Shown here one piece after another: positions 48,564-58,609 of a stretch of DNA of 64,000 nt. A model generated the notes under the pieces. That model had not been told where the DNA came from, did no database searches, and was given only the letters and a program-made list of their open reading frames with translations. The position numbers and the translations under genes were made by a program. The first letter of the stretch is position 1. Each line of letters begins with the position of its first letter. Source of the stretch: Candidatus Bipolaricaulota bacterium (lineage in GTDB: Bacteria > Bipolaricaulota > Bipolaricaulia > UBA7950 > UBA9294); contig JBFMGK010000043.1 of assembly GCA_040752575.1 (NCBI GenBank), positions 1-64,000 on the forward strand, written 5' to 3'.

Positions 48564-49805
48564 TTAGTTGCACTGGCTGGACTTCGGAATGGCACTGTTT
48601 GTCGAGTTGTTCGTCTCGTCTCCTTCAACGATCCGGTCGTTTGGATCCGCGGTGATCGACGTCTGAATAGGCCACGACATCGTGTCGTACGGCCCCAGGT
48701 CGAGATCGCGGAAGATCACGCCCGCGAAGGACCCTGCCGGAAGAATCCCGATGGTCAGCGTTGCGGACACGCCATTCGCCAGCACGAGAACTTCGACGTT
48801 CGTGGCGGTAGCCTGACCTCCGTTGTGCACCTTGCCGGTCACGGTCGCGATCACGTGCTCGCGGGCATCTTTCGAGATGTTCCAGCAGCCTCCCATGTCG
48901 GTCACCCAAAGGTTGGGTAGTAGGGTCGGCGTGGGATCGCTCGGCGTCCCCGGGTCGCCGGGAGTGCCTGGATCCCCAGGCGTTTCAGGATCCGGTGGAT
49001 CCTGCGGCGGATCCTGTGGCTTGTCCTGAGGCTCGCCCGGCTCACTCTCCGGCTGACGTACCGGGATGAGGACGACCAGCGTCTCGAAGGGCACCCACTC
49101 GTCCAGTGCGAACGCCCAGTGTTCGGGCTCTTCTCGCAGCAGGGTGTCCCAGACCGCCCCGGGTCCGAACGCCTCGTGACTGGTATTCGCCAGGCCGACT
49201 GGCCAGCCGTCGGGTTGCTCACGCAGGGCGGCTGATCGGCTGACGGCAAACCTATTGCGGTCCATCTCAAACCCGGCTCCCGCAACGCCGGGTCGCTCCC
49301 GTTCGAGGTGTTCGACATACGCTTCTCGAGTCGGCTTTTCGAGGATCTGGAACCCGATGCCTGGGTAACTGGCCGGCTCAAACGGACGTCCCATGTGCTG
49401 CCGGAACTCCTCGGGGAACGACGGATCGTAGATCCAGATCTCAAAGACGTCCGGATACCGCTCGGCGACGTACGTTGCCAGCACGTCGACGAGCCGAGGA
49501 TCCCAGACCGGACCTTCGTAAGCCTGCATCGGACCCGCGAACTGCGCCGCAAGCTCCGCAGTGTCGGGCTCATCGATCCGCCCACTCCCGTTGAGGTCCG
49601 AGAGAAGCAGCGAGTAGCCGTGCTCGGCGTGCCAGGCCATGAGAATCGCTGCACTCACCGGTCCGGTGAAGCTCGGCGTGCCGCCCGGGACGTCTTCCCA
49701 GGAGACAAGATGGAGCCCCTCGAGCTCGATCCCCTCCTGGGCCGACACGCTCCCTGCAAGAACCAGAAGTGCCAGCAACAGCATCCACGGCGTCGTTCGG
49801 CGCAT
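48564..49805 (-). CDS. Secreted protein: C39-like N-terminal domain, Pro-rich linker, CARDB domain
   Basis: TGPVSAAILMAW; DPGTPG repeats; PNLWVT..V.NGG..ADPNDRIVEGDETNN. Confidence 0.7.
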   Translation of the reverse strand: MRRTTPWMLLLALLVLAGSVSAQEGIELEGLHLVSWEDVPGGTPSFTGPVSAAILMAWHAEHGYSLLLSDLNGSGRIDEPDTAELAAQFAGPMQAYEGPVWDPRLVDVLATYVAERYPDVFEIWIYDPSFPEEFRQHMGRPFEPASYPGIGFQILEKPTREAYVEHLERERPGVAGAGFEMDRNRFAVSRSAALREQPDGWPVGLANTSHEAFGPGAVWDTLLREEPEHWAFALDEWVPFETLVVLIPVRQPESEPGEPQDKPQDPPQDPPDPETPGDPGTPGDPGTPSDPTPTLLPNLWVTDMGGCWNISKDAREHVIATVTGKVHNGGQATATNVEVLVLANGVSATLTIGILPAGSFAGVIFRDLDLGPYDTMSWPIQTSITADPNDRIVEGDETNNSTNSAIPKSSQCN

Positions 49806-50143
49806 GAGTCCTCCTTACCCAACCTCCAGCTTGCCAAACCTACCCCATTGTGCCACATAGGTTCCCCTGGGAGCTGGTCCAGTGTCCTGTAGCAGAGAAT
49901 CCGCAGGCACGATGCGGGGAGTCAGCCCCAGGGGTCAAGCAGCGTCACGCGCTCTCGCGGGTTTGAGAACTCGTTGTCATCACCCCTCATGGCGGGCGAC
50001 CCATGTCCCCCGGCGGGTGGGCACGTGGGCTCGAGTCGCGACTCCGGATCGACGACAACATGCGAGCCCAAGCGGCAGCCACGGCCTACGCCGAGGCGGG
50101 CTTCGGTCAGAGGCGACCGGAGCCGTTCCGTGGAGGATCTCCC

Positions 50144-50308
50144 ATGAACCGAGAAACGCTTCCAGCCGTCGAGCAACACGCGTGCGGAGCCGGCGATACG
50201 GCGCCGACCCACCAGCCGACCCGCGGAGGGTGGTTCATCCGCGCCGCGGCCGTGGCGTACGTCGTCGTGAACGCGATTATCGCATACTGCATCCTCTCGC
50301 CCGCCTGA
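50144..50308 (+). CDS. Small C-terminally anchored membrane protein (54 aa)
   Basis: GGAGG RBS; C-terminal hydrophobic helix. Confidence 0.45.
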   Translation: MNRETLPAVEQHACGAGDTAPTHQPTRGGWFIRAAAVAYVVVNAIIAYCILSPA

Positions 50309-50474
50309 TCCTGACGATCCGGGCACCGAAGGCTCCCCGCAGGGGCTGGCCGGGCGAGCCGTCGCGGCACGTCTCCTGCCGCGCCAGAACACCGGGAGCT
50401 GCATCGCTCGCGCCCCGGCAGGGGCTCCGCATCAGGCTGGCTGGGAAGGCCGGGCAGCGTGTCCCGGACGCCTC

Positions 50475-51371
50475 CTAGGAGAAGAGCCGAGCGGCGAGAT
50501 CTGCAGGGAAAGTACCCCGTTGGATGCCTGCTTCCAACACAGAGCGCATCGCGGGGTTGATCGACAGGTAGACCGTGAAGGCATCGACCGCCGCGTCGGT
50601 GTCGCCGAGTTCGTAGTAGGCCGTCCCTAGAGATTCCCACCCGTCAAGATCGCGTCGATCACGCCGGTCATGAAGCAACGCGCGCACGTCGTCCAGGATC
50701 GCCGGTTTTTGCTCGGGCGCGGCCTCAGCGAGGGCTCTGAACTTGCCCCAGATCGCATACTGGTCTTCGATCACGTCGAGGAGACGGCCGAGTTCCGTCA
50801 CGGGGTCGTCATGATCCTCGAGCGTGAAGTCAAGCAGAGTGTCTTCGTCCGGGTGTCCCCAGCCTTTCTTGCGCACGACGAGCCGCGCGCTCTGTCTTCC
50901 TCGGATGTCTCCGCCCGCCGCGTCGCCAGCGGACAGCGCGGCGAAGAGGCGCCGGTGCAGCGGGCCCTCCGTTCCGTCGAAGGTCGTTATCATCTCGTCG
51001 ATGACCTGCGCGCCAACGAGGGTATTCCCCTGACAGGCGTACGTAGAGCCGATGTGATGGCCGGCCCACGGCGTACAACGCGCTCCCGTGAACGCCAGTG
51101 GGCGTCCGTCGTACGGCATCATGCCGATCTGCCGCGACTCGATCTCGGTGTCGATGCTCCGAAACAGGGCCAGAATGGCTTCGGGGGCCTTGCCCGCAGC
51201 CAACTCGTCGAAGAATCGTGGCAAGAAGGTGACGTTACCGCTCGCTTGCGACGCGATGGCGCCCTTCTCGGCACGTGCCATGCACACCTGGCCCGCATCC
51301 CAACAGCACGAGGCAATCGCGAACCCCACGGCTTTCGCCTCGCGGTCCGCAGCGACAATGGAGAACGTCAT
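50475..51371 (-). CDS. DUF1028 (Ntn-hydrolase-like) protein with C-terminal TPR
   Basis: MTFSIVA, GAIASQA, CQGNTL, AGDAAGGDIRGRQSA; LGTAYYELG..AV. Confidence 0.88.
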   Translation of the reverse strand: MTFSIVAADREAKAVGFAIASCCWDAGQVCMARAEKGAIASQASGNVTFLPRFFDELAAGKAPEAILALFRSIDTEIESRQIGMMPYDGRPLAFTGARCTPWAGHHIGSTYACQGNTLVGAQVIDEMITTFDGTEGPLHRRLFAALSAGDAAGGDIRGRQSARLVVRKKGWGHPDEDTLLDFTLEDHDDPVTELGRLLDVIEDQYAIWGKFRALAEAAPEQKPAILDDVRALLHDRRDRRDLDGWESLGTAYYELGDTDAAVDAFTVYLSINPAMRSVLEAGIQRGTFPADLAARLFS

Positions 51372-51465
51372 GGCTCTCACTCCTTGGACGCACCGCCTGG
51401 CACATGATCCATCAGGACGTCCATGGGTGCTCGAACGTGCACTCGGGGTTCACGGCCATGCATCC

Positions 51466-51822
51466 ATTCCGGGGACACAATACTCAATTGCACACTTCGG
51501 CAACGCCGTACTCCATGGCACGCCCGTCCAGCGGCGCACGACCAAGATCCCCGCGCGAGGACGGTCGAGCTTCAGGCCCGGCGCGAGAGTCTCTTCAGTC
51601 CGTCGTCGACATGGCGTGCTGCTGCCGAGTTCCTCCTGCGCCCGGTTCTCCCGCCTGTCGGCCAATGCTCCGACAGCACTGGGGGTGCTGTCGCGTCAGC
51701 CGGCTGCTCGACACCCACCCGCTCCTGATCTCGACGGCGAGCCGCCCCGACCAGCCACTCGGCTAGGGAGTGGGAACCATGTCCGCGCAATCCATGGTAA
51801 TGAGTACTATGTCCCCGGAATT
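51466..51822. mobile_element. About 357 bp MITE/REPIN-like element bounded by inverted family-A repeats
   Basis: ATTCCGGGGACACAATACTCAATT ... AATGAGTACTATGTCCCCGGAATT; interior has no credible ORF. Confidence 0.65.
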
Positions 51823-51887
51823 ACGGCATCCTGTAGTGGTGGTGCGACATGCATGAACCAACGAATCTCTCCGTGGAAGGAGGGTTC

Positions 51888-52451
51888 ATGAATCTGGTTC
51901 GCAAGCTCGTGGGCGGGAAGACGTACCTCTCACCGATGAACACGGAGGCGGCCGAGCTCTGGTATCGCTGGCACAATGACCGGGAGACGGCGTTGTTGGC
52001 CGGTAGTCCTGGCCATCGCTCGCCGGGGGCGCTCGAGGAATACCAGCAAACGATCGAGAGTTACGTCAAGTCGAAGGACCGTGCGCACGCGTTTCTCATT
52101 GTCGATCTATTGACAGATCTGCCTATCGGCTGGTGCGCGCTCTTCATCACCGACGCGGTGAATCGGCGGGCGTCGCTCTCCATTCTCCTCGGCGAGAAGG
52201 ACTTCTGGGGCCACGGCTACGGCGAAGATGCCCTGCGAGCTCTGTTGTCCTACGGCTTCGAGCTTCTGAACCTGAACTCTGTCGAACTCATCGTCCACGA
52301 GGAGAATGAGCGCGCACGCCGCTGCTACGAGAAGCTTGGGTTCCGCATGGCGGGGCGCAAACGTCAGGCCCGCCTGTACGGCTCCCGGAAGCTCGACAAT
52401 CTTATGATGGATCTTCTTGCCGAGGAGTTCACCGTTTCTCCTGCGACCTAG
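51888..52451 (+). CDS. RimJ/RimL-type GNAT acetyltransferase
   Basis: IGWC, FWGHGYG, NLNSVEL, NERARRCYEKLGF. Confidence 0.9.
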   Translation: MNLVRKLVGGKTYLSPMNTEAAELWYRWHNDRETALLAGSPGHRSPGALEEYQQTIESYVKSKDRAHAFLIVDLLTDLPIGWCALFITDAVNRRASLSILLGEKDFWGHGYGEDALRALLSYGFELLNLNSVELIVHEENERARRCYEKLGFRMAGRKRQARLYGSRKLDNLMMDLLAEEFTVSPAT

Positions 52452-52781
52452 ACGTGGCGCTTCACGGCTGCGGCCGAACGAGAGGGGCTGGACGGAGTCC
52501 CCGGCTGAAGCGGCGCGGGATCTTGGGCGCGAAGCCGTCCGGTGGAACCCAAGCTGAGCCGCAGCGGCAAGGCGTAACACGGCACGCCCCTGAAGACAGC
52601 GCGCTCTCCGACGTGTACGTTCGGCTTCGCTGGGAGCCACTTGACCGCGTCTGGACGGCTTCACTAGAGTGCGGCTCATGCGCGGCGGCAGCGCAGGGGA
52701 GCAGTGGGCGACTGTGGCTGGACGTTCCCCGTGAGGGCACTGCGTAGAGACCCAACAGGCCACGGCATCAGGAGGGGAAGA

Positions 52782-55700
52782 ATGGCGCTGAGGAAGACGA
52801 GGGTTCTCTTGCTGGCTCTTCTGGCAGCGGCCAGTGCGGTCGGGCACCTGTCGGCTGAACCGGACGAGATGGGAGCGTGGGTTCAGAGCGGGGGCCCTCC
52901 GGGCGGCGGGCTGGGAGCGGTCGAGGTCGATCCGATCCTGCCGGATATCTTGTACGCAGGGGGGGCCGACGGCCGCATCTTCCGGTCCGAGGATGGCGGG
53001 GATCACTGGAAGCAGCTGGCAGTCCCTATGGCCGGAGGGATCGCGCAGATCATCGCCAGTCCGTTCGAGGCGGGTACGCTCTTCCTGCGGATGGCCGAGA
53101 GCCCGTTTCTTGTCAAGGGAACCAGCCACGGCGATGAGTGGTCCCTACTCGCCTTCGCCTCGGCGGATGACGGCATCCGCAGCCTGGCGATCTCGACGGC
53201 GTCTCCAGCGCTGATTGTGGTCGGAACGCGCATGGGTCGCGTCTACACGTCGTCCGACCACGGCAAGACGTGGACCGATGTGTCCACGTCACTCAACCCG
53301 GGACTTCCAGTCGTCTCTGTCGCGGCGCGCGAGAGTGGGGAGATATGGGCTGCCACCCAGGATGGCTCAGGGAACGGCCAGGTCTTCTACTCGCTCGACT
53401 TCGGGGAGTCTTGGTCATCCTTGCCGGTGGCCGGCACGTGCACGATGGCTCCGGAATCGGATTACCTGTCGGTCATGGTCGATCCCACCGAGCCGAGCAC
53501 GGTCTACGTTGGCCGGAAGGATCTGACCAACCTGACGCAGTATCCGGACTACGGCTACCTGTATCGCATCGACACGGAGGGTTTCTCCTGCACGCCCATC
53601 GATCCGCCGGGCCAGCACTCGTCGACGCAGGGCGTCCACTTCGATGAGACAAGCGGCACGCTGTATGTCGCCCGCGGGATGGACGTCTTCTACACGACGG
53701 ATCGCGGGGAGTCCTGGGCCGTGCTGCCGCTGCCAATCGACTTCACGTATGTGGATCCGCAGGAATTGGCGACGGATCCGCGAAGCGCCGGAGTCGTCTA
53801 CCTGGCGACGAAAGCGACGGGAATCGGGAAGACGACCGATCAGGGCGTCACGTGGATTCAGGTGAACGAAGGGATCGTCGCCACGGCGGTCACGCTCATC
53901 GAGATCCCGCCCGGCGACGCCAGCGGAACCGTATACGCTACGGGCGGCCCCGCACTCTGGAAAAGCGAGACATGGGGACAGGCCTGGACCCAGATCGATC
54001 GGCCCGACATCACCCACCCGTTCTTCGATGAGATCCGCGTCAATCCGCACGACACCGACGAAGTCTGGGCCGTGACCGATGTTGGGCACATCTTCGTCAG
54101 CGACACGGGCGGAGCCACCTGGGTCGAGACGGTAGACCCTACGCCGTCAGGCAGAGGCTTCCGCTATGGCTCGATCTACGCGCTGGCCGTCTCGCCGAGC
54201 ACTCCCGACGTCATGTACGCGCTCAAGAGCGGATTCGGGCTGTATCGGAGCGATACCGGTGGCGGCCACTGGCTCTTCCTGCGCAACAGCGAGGTGGACT
54301 ATTCCTACTCGATCGCCGTCCACCCCACGGACCCGGATGTCGTGCTGAGCGGTTATAACCCGAAACCCTTTCAGAATGAGAGCATGATCAGGAGGTCGGA
54401 AGACGGCGGGCTCACGTGGAGTACGCCGCTAACGGTCGAGGGATCTTCGGGGATGACGTCCGTGGTGTTCGATCCGACGGACCCCACCCGGGTGTACGCT
54501 GCGAGCACGGGAACGGGCGGCGGAACCCTCTGGCGAAGTCTAGACGGCGGGCGCGGTTTCGAGGAACTAGATCCTCATCTCAACTTCACGAATATCCACA
54601 CGATGACGGCCGATGCCGGCGACCCAGAGATCGCCCTCGCAGCGGTCTGGGGGGGTGGAACGTTCTACACGCGAGACGCGGGCGTCACGTGGCAACGTCT
54701 GCCGAACGAGCCGACGATTTCGGCGTCGTCGGTCTTGACGGGGTTCTCGGGAGACGCCCTTGTGCTCTATCTCGCCGATCGGACCTCTCCAAGAATCTAC
54801 AAGAGCACGGCCCCGTGGGCCGGGGAGTGGGAGACGCTGTTCGACGGGACAGCACTGGGTCTCTACCGCGTGCTCGCGGCAGCGAAGTCGAGTTCGGAGC
54901 CGGCCGTCATCTACGCGTCGCTCTTCCATCGGCAAGGGGGACCGATGAGCGGCAGCGTCTACCGGATCGAGAACGGTCGACCGCCGGTTGACATCACCGC
55001 CGGCCTTCCTCCGCGCCTGCCCGTCGCGCTGACCGTCGATCCCACGGATCCGGAGACGGTCTACGCTGTTCTCCACGGGTACGGCGTTTACAAGACGGCG
55101 GACGGCGGCGACTCCTGGGTGGAGCTGTCCGGCGCAGGAAGCCGGTTGCCGCAGCCGCCGGAAACGGCCGGCTTCTCCGGCTTGGTTGTCGATCCCTGGA
55201 TGCCCGATACCCTCTATCTCTTTGGCGGCTGCGACGTCGAGGTGGATCTGAGCCGCTCGGGCGTTGCGTCGGCGAAACTCAACACCGTCTACCGCTCCAC
55301 GGACGCCGGTGCGACATGGGACAACCTCGACGACGGCCACTTCGGCGCGAACAGCGGGCCGATCAAAGGACTGACCGTCATGCCAGGAGCGCCCGACGTG
55401 ATGTTCGTTGGCGCGGCGCACGGGGTCTTCCGGAGCCTGGACGGTGGGCGGAGTTGGGAGGCCGTCCACAACGGACTCCCCTTTCTCTCGACGGCCGGCG
55501 TCTGGATGAGTGCTCGCGGGACGGAGATCTATGTCCCCACTCTGGGGGGCGGGCTGTTTGTCGGCGCGGTCGGCGACGGCGGGCGAACGGTTGTTTGGGC
55601 GAAGGAGAGTGCGTTCACGACGCCGATTGCCCACGTCCAGCTCACGATCGACCCGAGCGATTCCGACACACTCTACGCCAGCGCTTATCCCGGGGGGGTC

Positions 55701-56900
55701 TTCAAGAGCACCGATGGTGGAGACAGCTTCAGCGAGCAGAACTTCGGCCTGCCGAGCTTCGAGATCGATGATCCGCTGCGGCAGGGCTACTACGCCCTTG
55801 CGCTTGCTCCTTCGGACAGCCAAGTGGCCTATCTCGGCCTCTACGGTGTGGGCGTCTACAAGTCCTGCGACGGCACCGACACATGGGTTCCCGCCAATGG
55901 CGAGGACGACGTGCTGGCCGGCCAGCCGGTCACGGCCCTCATTGTCAGCGAGCAAGATGCCAGACTCGTCTACGTCGGCACCGAGGATGGCGTCTACCGG
56001 TCATCGGATGGGGGAACTCGCTGGAGTCTCCTCTCGGATCCGACGCTCGAGGCGCCCATAGATGTCCGGACGCTTGCGTTCGGAGGAGGCGGGGCGCTGC
56101 TGATCGGAACTAAGGGGTACGAGATCTTTCGATACGGCGGCGGGACGTTCGTACAGCTCGACGGGTTCGGCAACGCAGGCGCGATCTGGCCGATTTGGGA
56201 CGATCGACCGCTCTACCAGTACACGGCGCTTGCCTTTCACCCAACCGATCCGTCGACCGTCATCCTCGGTACGTTTCCCGCCGGCATCTTCATCAGTCAC
56301 GACGCCGGGCAGACCTATCGAGAAAGCAACGTCGGCTGGGGAAACGACGGCGTCTTCTCGGTGGTCTTCCATCCGGACGATCCCGAAACGATCTTCGTCG
56401 GTACGTACAACGGGGTGAACGTCAGTACCGATGGGGGAGAACATTGGCGCACCCTCGACAACGGCTGGCCGGAGGAGCAGTGGGTCTTCTCGATCGCCTT
56501 CGACCCGGCTGACCCGGACATCCTGTACGCCTGCTCGAAGAACGGCGAGAACGAAGGAACGGGGCGCGACGGCTTCCATGGCATCGTCATGAAGTCGATC
56601 GATGGTGGGAACGGGTGGTTCGAGATCATGAACGGCCTTGACCGCCGATGCGAGTTCTACAAGATCATCGCCGATCCGATGAGGCCCGGGCGCCTATACC
56701 TTGCCACCGACTCCAGAGGGGTGTTACTCAGTAACGACTCGGGCGATACCTGGGAAGCGTGGAACACCGGACTGACCAGCCTCGGCGCAGGCTCGAACGG
56801 CAACAACGTGACGGACGTCTTGCGCCTCTCGGCCGACGCGACGGTCATCTACTTCGGAACGTCGGGTTCGGGAGTGTTCTGGCGCATGATCGACGATTGA
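52782..56900 (+). CDS. Very large secreted multi-propeller BNR (Vps10/Ycf48-like) protein
   Basis: Many SxDGGxxW Asp-boxes and DPxxPxxxY motifs; signal peptide; about 1370 aa. Confidence 0.88.
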   Translation: MALRKTRVLLLALLAAASAVGHLSAEPDEMGAWVQSGGPPGGGLGAVEVDPILPDILYAGGADGRIFRSEDGGDHWKQLAVPMAGGIAQIIASPFEAGTLFLRMAESPFLVKGTSHGDEWSLLAFASADDGIRSLAISTASPALIVVGTRMGRVYTSSDHGKTWTDVSTSLNPGLPVVSVAARESGEIWAATQDGSGNGQVFYSLDFGESWSSLPVAGTCTMAPESDYLSVMVDPTEPSTVYVGRKDLTNLTQYPDYGYLYRIDTEGFSCTPIDPPGQHSSTQGVHFDETSGTLYVARGMDVFYTTDRGESWAVLPLPIDFTYVDPQELATDPRSAGVVYLATKATGIGKTTDQGVTWIQVNEGIVATAVTLIEIPPGDASGTVYATGGPALWKSETWGQAWTQIDRPDITHPFFDEIRVNPHDTDEVWAVTDVGHIFVSDTGGATWVETVDPTPSGRGFRYGSIYALAVSPSTPDVMYALKSGFGLYRSDTGGGHWLFLRNSEVDYSYSIAVHPTDPDVVLSGYNPKPFQNESMIRRSEDGGLTWSTPLTVEGSSGMTSVVFDPTDPTRVYAASTGTGGGTLWRSLDGGRGFEELDPHLNFTNIHTMTADAGDPEIALAAVWGGGTFYTRDAGVTWQRLPNEPTISASSVLTGFSGDALVLYLADRTSPRIYKSTAPWAGEWETLFDGTALGLYRVLAAAKSSSEPAVIYASLFHRQGGPMSGSVYRIENGRPPVDITAGLPPRLPVALTVDPTDPETVYAVLHGYGVYKTADGGDSWVELSGAGSRLPQPPETAGFSGLVVDPWMPDTLYLFGGCDVEVDLSRSGVASAKLNTVYRSTDAGATWDNLDDGHFGANSGPIKGLTVMPGAPDVMFVGAAHGVFRSLDGGRSWEAVHNGLPFLSTAGVWMSARGTEIYVPTLGGGLFVGAVGDGGRTVVWAKESAFTTPIAHVQLTIDPSDSDTLYASAYPGGVFKSTDGGDSFSEQNFGLPSFEIDDPLRQGYYALALAPSDSQVAYLGLYGVGVYKSCDGTDTWVPANGEDDVLAGQPVTALIVSEQDARLVYVGTEDGVYRSSDGGTRWSLLSDPTLEAPIDVRTLAFGGGGALLIGTKGYEIFRYGGGTFVQLDGFGNAGAIWPIWDDRPLYQYTALAFHPTDPSTVILGTFPAGIFISHDAGQTYRESNVGWGNDGVFSVVFHPDDPETIFVGTYNGVNVSTDGGEHWRTLDNGWPEEQWVFSIAFDPADPDILYACSKNGENEGTGRDGFHGIVMKSIDGGNGWFEIMNGLDRRCEFYKIIADPMRPGRLYLATDSRGVLLSNDSGDTWEAWNTGLTSLGAGSNGNNVTDVLRLSADATVIYFGTSGSGVFWRMIDD

Positions 56901-57010
56901 CGCAACCACGACGATGCTGTCTCCCGCTATCCCGCGGGTGGACCGCAAGTCCAGATCGACGTTCCGCGCACAGAGCCTGCTGGCACCCGTCGCCGGTCGG
57001 AGCAAGCCGG

Positions 57011-57538
57011 TCAGAGAGCAAACAGGCACCAGCACTTCTCGTTGCGCAGTCTCTGGTCATCGAGCACGAGGTCGCGGATCTCGCTTGGGAGCTGTGCTCG
57101 TTGCCACTGGCACTCCCGGCGGCCAGCCTCGAGACGCTCTTCTCCAGAAGCCGCCGCGCGTGCGGCGCGGATTCCGTACGCCGCGGCGCCCAGTTCGTGG
57201 GCGGCCACATGAGCCACAGCCACGGCCTGACCCGCGGCGTGCGCCGCCTCTCGCGCCGCTCCGCTCACGTCTCGGGCCGCGGCGTTGGCAGCGAAGGCCG
57301 CCGTACGGGCTTCCGTCATCGTGATCTCGCCCCGCGCCCAAGCGCGCGCCTGGGCAATCGCCTGCCGCGGGCGGTCGTCACCGGGCTGCGCCTGCTCATA
57401 GAAGTGGAGCACGTGCTCGGCGCAGTCGGCCGCCCACACCGCGAGGAGGCGATGATCAACGTCCTCGAGCGTGCCGCCGCGACGCACGGTGACAAGCCTG
57501 GGATCCCTCTTGTGCGTGAAGATGACTTGCCTGCCCAT
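57011..57538 (-). CDS. Putative immunity protein (Imm5-like)
   Basis: LAVWAADCAEHVL..DDRPR.AI..ARAW..AGQAVAVAHV..H. Confidence 0.8.
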   Translation of the reverse strand: MGRQVIFTHKRDPRLVTVRRGGTLEDVDHRLLAVWAADCAEHVLHFYEQAQPGDDRPRQAIAQARAWARGEITMTEARTAAFAANAAARDVSGAAREAAHAAGQAVAVAHVAAHELGAAAYGIRAARAAASGEERLEAGRRECQWQRAQLPSEIRDLVLDDQRLRNEKCWCLFAL

Positions 57539-57806
57539 CCGTGCTCCTCTCACCGAACGTCCTCCACCGGGCGGGTGCCCCCGCGCCGCACGAGCCCCAA
57601 TCTATCCGTTTTGCGGCCAGAGCACAGCGGCCGATCTTGGCCTGGCGGGGTGCTGTCCCGTCCGCAACGGCAGTCTGCCGAGAGACGGCAGGAAGCCGGC
57701 TTGCGGAGAATCCTCACGCTGCGGTACGGTTGGTCTGACAGCCGACACCCACGCGGCTGCTCGTTCATCCCTACCCAAGGCGCTCACAGCAGGAGGTTAC
57801 GATCTG

Positions 57807-58463
57807 ATGAAGCCCAATGCCGAGATCGTCCGCGAGGCTCTTGACCAGGTCGTCAATCGGAAGACGATCGATGCCTGGGACCAGTACTTCAGCCCCGACT
57901 ACGTCGCGCGCGGCGCTCCCTTCATCGGCATGGGGTTCTCCAGAGACACCTCCGGGAACAAGCACATCATCAGCGCCATCACCCCCGGCAGTCCTGCCGA
58001 GGGCAAGCTCCGAATTGGAGATGAGCTCCTGTGGGTCGAGGATGCGCGCCGGCGTTGGGAGACCTACGAGGACATCTCGAAGGGGCTCCAGATCTACCAC
58101 GGCAGCCAGCTCAGGCTCGGCGTACGTCGGGGCCAAGAGACCGTCGAGGCCGAACTGACCCGCGGCCTCACGCGGGGCTTCGATACCGACAACGTCCAGG
58201 CGAAGGCGGACATGCTGGAGTTCATGACGCACGAGATCCCCGACCTGAGCGTCGACATCAAGCTGATCCTCGCCGACGGGGACAAGGTGTGCTGTCTGAT
58301 GGAATACCGCGGCACCCATGCCACCTTCAAGCGAGAGGCCATCTGGAGAGAGATCTGGATCGTACGCCTCTCCGAAGGCAAGATCGTCGAGAGTTGGCCG
58401 CTTCCCGACGTGGATGCCTACCTGAGACAGCTCGGCTACCAGCTCGTCCCGCCAAGCCAGTGA
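57807..58463 (+). CDS. SnoaL/ester-cyclase-like protein with inserted PDZ domain
   Basis: SnoaL N-terminus (..YFSPDYV), FIGMG..ITPGSPAEGKLRIGDELL..VRRG (PDZ), then PDLSVDI..DGDKV..RGTH..EGKIVESW. Confidence 0.78.
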   Translation: MKPNAEIVREALDQVVNRKTIDAWDQYFSPDYVARGAPFIGMGFSRDTSGNKHIISAITPGSPAEGKLRIGDELLWVEDARRRWETYEDISKGLQIYHGSQLRLGVRRGQETVEAELTRGLTRGFDTDNVQAKADMLEFMTHEIPDLSVDIKLILADGDKVCCLMEYRGTHATFKREAIWREIWIVRLSEGKIVESWPLPDVDAYLRQLGYQLVPPSQ

Positions 58464-58609
58464 GGCGCTCAGGCGAAACGGGTCCTGCCCCACCGCCGCG
58501 AGGACCCTGTCAACGTAGCGTCGCAGCAAGCCTTCGGCGTCGGGGCCGAAGGAAGCTGTGACGTTGTCTTGTGCGCCATGCGTGATAGCAAGACCTCGTA
58601 CATTGCCGA

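Noticed and set aside
433..58463. Classical integron cassette array
   Set aside because: No IntI, no convincing RYYYAAC/GTTRRRY attC sites seen, and genes lie on both strands.
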